A program made the translations under genes and the position numbers. Shown piece after piece: positions 24,101 to 32,069 of a stretch of DNA of 64,000 nt. The stretch spans positions 2,356,001 to 2,420,000 of the forward strand of contig JANJGN010000071.1 in assembly GCA_026770705.1 (NCBI GenBank), given 5' to 3'. How positions within the stretch are numbered: position 1 is the stretch's first letter; the number at the start of each line of letters is the position of its first letter. The notes beneath the pieces were generated by a model that worked only from the letters and a program-made list of their open reading frames with translations, did no database searches and had not been told where the DNA came from. The stretch comes from Isurus oxyrinchus. Lineage: Eukaryota.

Positions 24101-24391
24101 CAACAAACTTGCCTATCTCTGTAACCTCCTCCAGCCCCTACAACCCTCTGAGATCTCTGCTCTCCCCCCGTTCTGCTGTCAGACAGGGAGTCAGTGTATA
24201 TCAGTGAGCACAGGGGTGATGGGTGAATGGGACTTGGTGTGAGTTTGTACACTGGCTCACTGCTGAATCAGTTCCCAGTCACAGCTCAATAAGAATGATC
24301 TTTTACAAAGACTATTAATCATAAATCTGTCCGAGATGACGATGATATTACCTTGGAGAAGTGACAGGAGGAAGTAAGATTTCCCGATCAT
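5910..24391 (-). CDS. Siglec-like gene A (multi-V, MAG/CD33-like, ITSM-type tail); about 935 aa if all intact exons are joined
   Basis: Exons 24391-24352, 23270-22905, 17950-17582, 15913-15545, 14034-13666, 13294-12998, 10620-10345, 9610-9317, 8289-8193, 7469-7388 and 6158-5910 are all GT-AG and phase-compatible (2808 nt total). V domains show the Siglec hallmarks EGSCVQIPC, CSL and YFFR. An assembly gap at 20732-20909 lies inside the model. Confidence 0.75.
6515..7252 (+). mobile_element. Solo LTR-like element in gene A last intron
   Basis: Terminal inverted hexamers TGTTAT...ATAACA; internal AATAAA; copies at the equivalent position in both gene C tails. Confidence 0.65.
7388..7469 (-). 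CDS. Gene A cytoplasmic exon 1 (RKTAMEERVSGTSDIALTPSPLSVKHQ)
   Basis: GCAG|GAGAAAG ... CAG|GTACAG; 82 nt, phase 2 to 0, fits the TM and terminal exons. Confidence 0.8.
7608..8070 (+). mobile_element. LINE 3' fragment (CR1/L2-group ORF2 C-terminus)
   Basis: CTIYKMHCSNS..LRQHLPNP..SFTVAGS.SWNSL..FKKAAHH-type end; other copies at 51495, 54460 and 58560-59130. Confidence 0.7.
8193..8289 (-). CDS. Gene A transmembrane exon (GRDSSKWTVGLFTAGIMLSVFLAGIFIFICVRK), uncharged TM
   Basis: TTTTTACAG|GTAGAG ... GAAA|GTAAGT; 97 nt; hydrophobic run followed by RK; absent from the ORF track. Confidence 0.85.
8815..8965. repeat. AT-rich ~37-bp tandem repeat
   Basis: Repeated CGATGTAATCTATGTAATATTTATATATAAT-like unit; inverted counterpart at 50665-50850. 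Confidence 0.7.
9317..9610 (-). CDS. Gene A membrane-proximal Ig exon (KPEISQQSECTQRSEGVTCVCVAESNPP...), MAG domain-5-like
   Basis: CAG|ATAAGC ... AAAG|GTGACA; 294 nt, phase 1-1; the C-x8-C-x-C-x4-NP pattern is typical of the last Ig domain of MAG/CD33-related Siglecs. Confidence 0.85.
10345..10620 (-). CDS. Gene A Ig C2 exon (PPQETMVSI...LTCSSESVPP...W...DAGFYCTARN)
   Basis: CCAG|ATCCCC ... CAAT|GTAAGC; 276 nt; canonical Ig Cys/Trp/DxGxYxC; five N-glycosylation sequons. Confidence 0.9.
10745..12410 (+). mobile_element. Penelope-like retroelement, 5'-truncated and frameshifted (RT thumb + GIY-YIG endonuclease + 3' end)
   Basis: FLDL..LSTNIHYKPTD..SSSHP..KDSIPFSQFLRL, then CTSLNLFYCIRCSQCGFLYIGDTKR..LPVACHFN..GTLQPSGLN; degenerate hammerhead-like motif at 12347. 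Confidence 0.85.
12738..12804 (-). pseudogene. Remnant 3' end of the domain-3 C2 exon in gene A (DYQCVAENEHGAVEGFITITVD)
   Basis: Matches the last 22 codons and GTGAGT donor of gene B exons 35312-35593 and 36265-36546; the 5' part and acceptor are deleted. Confidence 0.8.
12998..13294 (-). CDS. Gene A Siglec domain-2 C2 exon (DFTDKPTIFPAEIIAGKRVDVSCTFNTTCNG...)
   Basis: TTAG|ATTTCAC ... CAAT|GTAAGT; 297 nt; extra Cys six residues after the B-strand Cys, as in Siglec domain 2. Confidence 0.9.
13666..14034 (-). CDS. Gene A V-set exon V5 (AEPS type; YLFR with essential Arg)
   Basis: CCCCAG|CTGAACCC ... TCTG|GTAAGT; 369 nt, phase 1-1, open frame. Confidence 0.85.
14170..14204 (+). ncRNA. Minimal type-I hammerhead ribozyme-like motif (Penelope-derived)
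   Basis: CTGATGA-A-GAGTC-ATACA-GACTC-GAAAC-GTT-AACT: intact core boxes, 5-bp stem II, palindromic AACGTT; copies at 16050, 18087, 20099, 33623 and 43458. Confidence 0.6.
15545..15913 (-). CDS. Gene A V-set exon V4 (AEPS type; YFFR)
   Basis: Intact AG/GT sites, 369 nt, open frame. Confidence 0.85.
17582..17950 (-). CDS. Gene A V-set exon V3 (AEPS type; YFFR)
   Basis: Intact AG/GT sites, 369 nt, open frame. Confidence 0.85.
19615..19963 (-). pseudogene. Frameshifted V-set exon (psi-V2)
   Basis: 349 nt: 1-nt deletion near the start (plus strand GAGGTT versus GAGGGTT) gives an early TGA, plus a 19-nt deletion near the 3' end; splice dinucleotides intact. Confidence 0.85.
20732..20909. other. 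Assembly gap
   Basis: Run of N. Confidence 1.
20910..21683 (+). mobile_element. LTR-like element (5' end in or before the gap)
   Basis: Ends CTGCTGTGCCATAACA; homologous to the 6515-7252 family. Confidence 0.55.
21800..22510. repeat. GC/CpG-rich interspersed repeat, possibly a non-autonomous DNA transposon remnant
   Basis: Abrupt GC/CpG-rich block absent from paralogous V introns; a compositionally similar block lies at 4150-4740; family not identifiable by eye. Confidence 0.3.
22905..23270 (-). CDS. Gene A V-set exon V1 (VGLS type; B-strand Cys replaced by Phe; YFFR)
   Basis: CCCCAG|TTGGAC ... TCTG|GTAAGT; 366 nt open frame; CVQIPFNY instead of CVQIPCHY. Confidence 0.85.
24352..24391 (-). 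CDS. Gene A leader exon (MIGKSYFLLSLLQ)
   Basis: ATG at 24391, donor CAAG|GTAATA, acceptor CTTTCACAG before 24431. Confidence 0.85.
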
Positions 24392-24841
24392 TGTCCACTC
24401 CCAGATATTCCATCCACTTCTCACTCTCAAACTGTGAAAGAGAAAGGAGTTAATGAGACCTCACCTCTTGTCCGACAGCTCTCGAGAGATCAGAACTGCT
24501 TTTAAACAATGTCTTCACAGACTAATTTGATTCTCTGTGGGATGATAGGTGCTCTGCAGAGAGTTACAAGGCTTTAAGAAAGAAAAACAATGAAGGACTT
24601 GCATTTCTATAGCACCTTTCACCACCTCAAGACATCCCAAAGCTCATGTCTCTGCACTTCCCTCATCCCTTGAGCTAGAAAGATGTTCTGTACAACAGAC
24701 TTGAGCCTCACACCCAGATCTCAATAATCAGTAGAAATCTTTCAAAGGCATCAATCATTGGAATCTGTCTTTATAAAGTCACAACATCAACAAAGGACGG
24801 TGTTGGTGGTGGAAGTGAATTCCAATCGTTCCGTTACTTAC

Positions 24842-24985
24842 CCAGGACCTGTCCGACTGCTCGCCTGGGGAGGAACTGCCCACACGCTCTGCTTGGGCTG
24901 AATGACCTCTTCCCGTGCTGCTCCCTCTGTGTGTTTAATTAGAAAGGGTGGATGTGTCACTGTGAGACAAAATGAGGAAGTGGGT
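24842..24985 (-). promoter_or_regulatory. Gene A putative promoter and non-coding exon 1
   Basis: GAGGAAGTG (ETS/PU.1-type) at 24974-24982; donor CTGG|GTAAGT after 24842. Confidence 0.55.
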
Positions 24986-25204
24986 AACCAGTGAGAAGAT
25001 CGAGGATGTTTTGCGCTCTCAGCAAAACGTTTACCATGTGATGATCTGTCAGCTCATATTTGGGCAGCTGTAGTCATGAAGCTTCTCCATTGGCTCCGTG
25101 GGATTAGACTCCTGCCCCTCACTTCGGAGGCTGAAACTCAGGCGATAAGAGTTCCCAATACAGGTCTCTGGCCTTATGATACATTTCAACGATCCCTGAT
25201 CATT

Positions 25205-27530
25205 ACGGAGGGAGTGCTGCACTGTCAGCGGCACTGTACTGTGGGAGTGCTGCACTGTCAGAGAGTCAGTAATGTGGGAGGGCTGCACTGTCAGAGGGTC
25301 AGTAATGTGGGAGTGCTGCAACATCAGAGGGTCAGTAATGAGGGAGTGCTGCACTATCAGAGGGTAAATAATGTGGGAGTGCTGAACTGTCGGTGGGTCT
25401 GTACTGAGTGGGTTCCGCACAGTTGGAGGGTCAGTATTGAGGGGGTGCCGGACTGTGGGAGGGTTAGTACTGAGGTAGAGTGGAGTGTGAGGAGATATCC
25501 TTTTATGGCAGAGTTTAACTGGAATTTATTTAAACACAATTCTTGTACTGTGTGTTATTGCAAAAGAAAGGATTTGAGGAACTAAGTCTTGTTCCCGTAA
25601 GCCTAAAAATAATTTTCACGGATTTCAATGATTTAGCATTGAAACCTCGCTCTTTGGGCACCAGTCTTGATTGAAACAACTCGCACAGCACAGTGGGAGG
25701 GTGAGTACTGAGGGTGTGCTGCACTGTGGGAGGGTGAGTACTGAGCGCGGGCTCACTGTGGGAGTGTGAGTACTGAGGGAGTGCTGCACTGTGGGAGACT
25801 GAGTACTGAGAGAGTGCTGCACTGTCAGAGGATCAGTAATGAGGGAGTGCTGCACTGTCAGAGGGTCAGTAATGTGGGAGGGCTGCACTGTCAGAGGGTC
25901 AGTAGTGTGGGAGGTCTGCACTGTCAGAGGGTCATTAATGTGGGAGGGCTGCACTGTCAGAGGGTCAGTAATGTGGGAGGTCTGCACTGTCAGATGGTCA
26001 GTAATGAGGGAGTGCTGCACTGTCAGAGGGTCAGTAATGTGGGAGGGCTGCACTGTCAGAGGGTCAGTAATGTGGGAGGTCTGCACTGTCAGGTGGTCAG
26101 TAATGAGGGAGTGCTGCACTATCAGAGGGTCAGTAATGTGGGAGGGCTGCACTGTCAGAGGGTCAGTAATGTGGGAGGGCTGCACTGTCAGAGGGTCAGT
26201 AATGTGGGAGGTCTGCACTGTCAGGTGGTCAGTAATGTGGGAGGGCTGCACTGTCAGAGGGTCAGTAATGTGGGAGTGCTGCACTGTCGGAGGGTCTGTA
26301 CTGAGTGAGTTCCGCACAGTTGGAGGGTCAGTATTGAGGGGGTGCCGGACTGTGGGAGGGTTAGTCCGGGGTTTGATTATTGATTCTGAACGGCGTTTGA
26401 TTATTGATACTGAACGGGGTTTGATTATTGACATTGAACGGGGTTTGATTATTGATTCTAAACGGTGTTTGATTATTGATTCTAAACGTTGTTTGATTAT
26501 TGAACCTGAATGGAGTTTGATTATTGATTCTGAACGGGGTTTGATTATTGATCCTGAAAGGGGTTTGATTATGGATTCTGAACGGGGTTTGATTATGGAT
26601 TCTGAACGGGGTTTGATTATTGATTCTGAAAGGGGTTTGATTATTGATACTGAACGGGGTTTGATTATTTGTGTTATTGCAAAAGAAAGGATTTGAGGAA
26701 CTAAGTCTTGTTCCCGTAAGCCTAAAAATAATTTTCACGGATTTCAATGATTAAGCAATGAAACCTCCCTCTTTGGGCACCAGTCTTGATTGAAACAACT
26801 CGCACAGCACTTCGGGAGAGTGAGTACTGAGGGAGGGCTGAACTGTGGGAGGGTGAGTCCTGAGGGAGTGCTGCACTGTGGGAGGGTGAGAATTGAGGGA
26901 GTGCTGCACTGTGGGAGGGGGAGTACTGAGGGAGTGCTGCACAGTGGGAGGGGGAGTACTGAGGGAATGCTGCACTTCGGGAGAGTGAGTACTGAGGGAG
27001 TGCTGCACTGTGGGAGGGTGTGTACAGAGGGAGGGCTGCACTGTGGGAGGGTGAGTACTGAGGGAGTGCTGCACTGTGGGAGGGGGAGTACTGAGGGAGT
27101 GCTGAACTGTGGGAGGGTGTGTACAGAGGGAGGGCTGCACTGTGGGAGGGGGAGTACAGAGGGAGGGCTGCACTGTGGGAGGGTGTGTACAGAGGGAGTG
27201 CTGCACTGTGGGAGCGTCAGTACTGAGGGAGTGCTGAACTGTCGGAAGGTCAGTAGTGAGGGAGGGATACAGTATCAGAGGATCAGTACTGATGGAATGC
27301 TGCACTGTGGGTGAGTGAGTACTGAGGGAGTGCTGCACTGCCAGATTGTCATCCATGAGGGAGTGCTGCACTGTCAGAAGGTCAGTGCTGACGGGGTGCT
27401 GCACTTGAAAAGGGTCAATAATGAGGTAGTGCAGCACTGTCAGAGGGACAGTAATGAGGGAGCGCTGCACTGACGGAGGGTCAGCACTGAGGAAACGCTG
27501 CACTGTCAGTTCTGAGTGTGGTCTGCACTG
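25205..27530. repeat. 33-bp minisatellite arrays (GGGAGTGCTGCACTGTCAGAGGGTCAGTACTGA family) within a local tandem duplication
   Basis: 11-aa periodic spurious ORFs; the unique spacer at 25551-25690 is repeated at 26670-26810. Confidence 0.9.
26368..26669. repeat. 24-bp tandem repeat (GGGGTTTGATTATTGATTCTGAAC, ~12.5 copies)
   Basis: Directly visible; 8-aa periodicity LIIDSERG. Confidence 0.95.
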
Positions 27531-28334
27531 TCCTAAGTGCATTCTAGGCACTGCCCAAGGTTCCGCCTGATGTCCGTGTAACAACAACATCATGTACACG
27601 TCGAGAATATTTCTCAGTTTGGTGCAGCAAGACAGTTTTGGAATGGCACCACCACTGGCAGGAGTGTGAAACTACAATGTGACATGTTTACATGGGAAAT
27701 TTCTATTATAAAGATGGGCACAGGAATTTGTATGATAGAACAAATGTGACAACATGAAGTAATGTCTTTGAGCCAAAAATATTTTGTTAAACAGCGAAAC
27801 GAACAACAATCTGGGAAACAGGGAAACAATTTGTTTGGAGATTTGAGAAATTCTCTGCAGCTTAGAGGATAACAGATGTGCTACAGTGCCAGCAATGATG
27901 GGAGTTCATCAGTACAACGTGACATGTTTACATTGATATAGCCAATGAACATAGGAAATTATGATGTGAAAAATTGGTTGCAGGTTTATCTTCTTCAATA
28001 TGTCATGGATGGATGAGACAGCTTTGATAACAGAATGAGATACAGCTGCAATAAACCTCAATTTTAGTCTTTCACACTTGGAGAGTACAATTAGCATCCA
28101 TTCTGAAGGCTGAGTGGATGGGTGGACTGTGCGATGTGTTACAGATTACAGAGACCAACATCCTTGATCCTGGTTCCGCTCTGTGTTTGATGAGATGCTT
28201 GGATCAAAGATTGGGAAAATAAATAATCCTCCTGCATTGATCTGTATCTGGTCTCTCCCTCTATCAATGTCCTGAGGACAGAATTGGGTTCCATGTCCAA
28301 AATCAGACACATGCTTTGACTGCCCATTGAATCG

Positions 28335-30680
28335 GAACAGGAGGAGGCCATTCAGCCCCCTCGAGCCTGCTACACAGGAACAAGAGGGCACCTGAAACAA
28401 AAACAGAAATGCTGGAGAAACTGAGTAGTTCTGGCAGCATCTGTGCAGAGATAAACAGAATTAACATTTCGAGTCCGTATGACCCTTCTTCAGAGTCTCA
28501 AAGCAAAAACTCTGTTTCTCTCTCCACAGCTGCTGCCAGACCTGCTGAGTTAATGCAGCATTTTCTGATTTTATTTAGATTTACAGCATCTGCAGTATTT
28601 ATTTTTAATGAGAGGAGGACATTCAGCAGCTCAAGCCTGTTACACAGGAACAGGAGGAGGCCCCATTCAGCCCCCTCGAGCCTGTTACACAGGAACAGGA
28701 GGAGGCCCATTCAGCCCCTCAAGCCTGTTACACAGGAACAGGAGGAGGTCCATTCAGCCCCTCGAGCCTGTTACACAGGAACAGGAGGAGGCCCATTCAG
28801 GCCCTCGAGCTTGTTACACAGGAACAGGAGGAGGCCCATTCAGCCCCTCGAGCCTGTTGCACAGGAACAGGAGGAGGCCCATTCAGCCACTCAATCCTGT
28901 TACATGAGGACAGGAGAAGGCCCATCAGCCTCATGAGCCTATTACACAGGAACGGGAAGAGGACATTCAGTCCCTCAACACCCTTCCACAGGAACAGGAG
29001 AGACTCTCAGCCCCTCGAGCCTGTTACACAGGAAAAGGAGGAGTCCTATTCAGCCCCATAGAGCCTGTAACACAGGAACAGGAGGAGGCCATTCAGTCAC
29101 CTGAGCCTGTTACCCAGGATCAGGAAGAGCACATTCAGTCTCTCAACCCTCTTACACAGGAATAGGAAACCTATTCAGTCCCTCGTGCCTGTTTTACAGG
29201 ATCAAGAGGAGGCCCATTCTGTCCCCTCGAGCCTGTTACACAGGAACAGGAGGAGGCCCATTCAGCCCCCTCGAGCCTGTTACACAGGAACAGGAGGAGG
29301 CCCATTCTGTCCCCTTGAGCCTGTTACACAGGAAGAGGAGGCCCATTCAGCCTCCACAAGCTTGTTACACAGGAACATTAGGGGCTTCATTCAGCCACTC
29401 AAGCCTGTTCCACATGAACGGGAACAAAAACAAAAATAGCTGGAAAAACTCAGCAGGTCTGACAGGATCTGCGGAGAGGAACACACTTGACGTTTTGGGT
29501 CTGTATGACTCTTCATCAGAACTAAAGGAATCGAGAAATGAGGTGACGTTTTAGCTGGTAGAGGGGGGTGGGACAGGTAGAGCTGGATTGTGGGCCAGTG
29601 ATAGGTGGAGGTAAAGAAGAGGTTGCCAAAGATGTGATAGACAAAAGGACAAAGGGGTGTTGATGGTGGTGATATTATCTGAGGAATGTGCTAATGGGGA
29701 CATTAAGGGTAGAAAGCAGGACGAGCAAGAGACAGATAGTCCTAGTGGGGGTGGGGTGGGGGGAAAGGATTGAAATAGGCTAAAAGGTAGAGATACAACA
29801 ACAGATGTAAAACATTTAAAAATAATGGAAATAGGTGGGAAAAGAAAAATATATGAATAAGAAAAATATTAAAAATGATAAATTATTGGAAAAAGGGAGA
29901 TTGGAAAGGGGGTGGGGATGGAGGAGAGAGTTCATGATCTGAAAGTGTTGAACTCAATATTCAGTCCGGAAGGCTGTAAAGTGCCTAGTCGGAAGATGAG
30001 GTGTTGTTCCTCCAGTTTGCGTTGGGCTTCACTGGAACAATGCAGCAGGCCAAGGACGGACATGTGGGCATGAGAGCAGGGTGGGGTGTTAAAATGGCAA
30101 GCGACAGGGAGGTCTGGGTCATGCTTGTGGACAGACCGAAGGTGTTCATGAGAGCGATCACCCAGTCTGTGTTTGGTCTGTCCCATGTAGAGGAGACCAC
30201 ATTGGGAGCAGTGAAGGCAGTAGATTAAATTGAGGGAAGTGCAAGTGAAATGCTGCTTCCAATGATGCTCCTAATGTACTCGAGCCTGGTACACAGGAAC
30301 TGGGGAAGGCCAATTCAGCCCCTTTAGCCTTTTACACAGGAACAGGAGGAGGCCCACTCAGCCCCTCGAGCCTATAACACAGGAACAGGAGGAGGCCCAC
30401 TCAGCCCCTCGAGCCTATAACACAGGAACAGGAGGAGGCCCACTCAGCCCCATGAGCCTGGTACACACTGAGAGAAGGAGGCCATTCAGCCCACCTGAGC
30501 CTGTTGCACAGGAAAAGGAGACCCATTCAGTCCCTTGAGCCTATAACACAGGAACAGGAGGAGACCCATTCAGCCCTCTCAAGCCTGTTACACAGGAACA
30601 GGAGGAGGCCCGTTCAGCCCCTCGAGCCTGTTACTCAGGAACAGGAAGAGGCCCATTCAGTCCCTCGAGCTTGTTGCATG
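28335..30680. repeat. ~42-bp minisatellite (GAGCCTGTTACACAGGAACAGGAGGAGGCCCATTCAGCCCCTC), interrupted by Penelope fragments
   Basis: Main arrays at 28610-29420 and 30280-30680. Confidence 0.9.
29425..30260 (-). mobile_element. Penelope-like 3' fragment (GIY-YIG C-terminus and tail)
   Basis: GQTKHRLGDR.HEHLRSV..LPVACHFN..EEQHLIFRLGTLQPSGLN; degenerate hammerhead-like motif near 29485-29525. Confidence 0.8.
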
Positions 30681-30774
30681 TGAACAGTCGATGGCCCTTC
30701 AACCACATTCTTGGCACGCAAAGGGTTAACTGTTTTCTAACTGTGCGAGGCAAAGAGCTGCTTTCTCACTTGGT

Positions 30775-30920
30775 ACCAAGCACTTCCTCATTTTGACTCA
30801 CAGAGACACATCCACCTTTCTAATTAAATACACAGAGGGAGCAGCACAGGAAGAGGTCATTCAGGCCAAGCAGAGCGTGTAGGCAGTTCCTCCCCAGGCG
30901 AGCAGTCGGACAGGTCCTGG
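30775..30920 (+). promoter_or_regulatory. Gene B distal promoter and exon-1 copy (ETS/PU.1 + AP-1)
   Basis: CACTTCCTC at 30781-30789, TGACTCA at 30794-30800, donor CTGG|GTAAGT after 30920. Confidence 0.5.
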
Positions 30921-31434
30921 GTAAGTAACAGAACGATTGGAAATCACGGGGGGAGTTCTGAGGGCTCCTAATCCATTGTCCTGTCTTGTAAATCAGCACC
31001 TTAATACTGACCCTTCAACAGTGCGGCACTCCCTCAGTACTGATCCTCCAACATTGCAGCACTCCCTGATTAATGTCCCCCTGACAGTGCAGCACTCCCT
31101 CAGTACTGACCCTCAAACAGTGGAGATCTCCCTCAGTACTGACCTTACAATAGTGCAACACTCGCTCAGTAATGACCATCCGACAGTGCAGCACTTGCTC
31201 AGTACTGACACTGGGGAGTTTCAGTCTACTCTGTGGGGCAGATGTCCCCTGAATGGGGTCTTGAATCCCACAACATTCTGACCCCCTGAATTTGGCTGTG
31301 AAACCCACTGACCCACAGGAGAAACTCCTGGTCAATGACTGTCCACCTGTGAGCAGAAATATCACCACAGGGTCAGGACACAAAGGGTTAACAGTTCACC
31401 AACATCTCAAAACATGAGCTGCTCTGTCACTTTG

Positions 31435-31579
31435 ATCCAACTTCCTCATTTTGTCTCACAGAGACACATCAATCCTTTCTAATTAAACACACAGAGGGAG
31501 CAGCACAGGAAGAGGTCATTCAGCCCAAACAGAGCGTGTGGGCAGTTCCTCCCCAGGCGAGCAGTCGGACAGGTCCTGG
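31435..31579 (+). promoter_or_regulatory. Gene B proximal promoter and non-coding exon 1
   Basis: ACTTCCTC at 31440-31447; AP-1 position reads TGTCTCA; donor CTGG|GTAAGT after 31579. Confidence 0.55.
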
Positions 31580-32029
31580 GTAAGTAACGGAACGATTGGA
31601 ATTCACTTCCACCACCAACACCGTCCTTTGTTGATGTTGTGACTTTATAAAGACAGATTCCAATGATTGATGCCTTTGAAAGATTTCTACTGATTATTGA
31701 GATCTGGGTGTGAGGCTCAAGTCTGTTGTACAGAACATCTTTCTAGCTCAAGGGATGAGGGAACTGCAGAGACATGAGCTTTGGGACGTCCTGAGATAGT
31801 GAAAGATGCTATAGAAATGCAAATCAATCATTGTTTGTCTTACTTAAAGCCTTGTAACTCTCTGCAGAGCACCTATCATCCCACAGAGAATCAAATTAGT
31901 CTGTGAAGACATTGTCTAAAAGCAGTTCTGATCTCTCGAGAGCTGTCGGACAAGAGGTGAGGTCTCATTAACTCCTTTCTCTTTCACAGCTTGAGAGTGA
32001 GAAGTGGATGGAATATCTGGGAGTGGACA

Positions 32030-32069
32030 ATGATCGGGAAATCTTACTTCCTCCTGTCACTTCTCCAAG
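32030..32069 (+). CDS. Gene B leader exon
   Basis: ATG ATC GGG AAA ... CAA G|GTAATA. Confidence 0.85.

Noticed and set aside
25205-27530. CRISPR-like array or Cys/His-repeat protein (LHCQRVS..., ECCTVGG...)
   Set aside because: Head-to-tail 33-bp minisatellite without unique spacers; open in several frames on both strands; eukaryotic context.
31957-31989. Extra 5' UTR intron from GAG|GTGAGG to the leader acceptor
   Set aside because: Only 33 nt, too short for a vertebrate spliceosomal intron.
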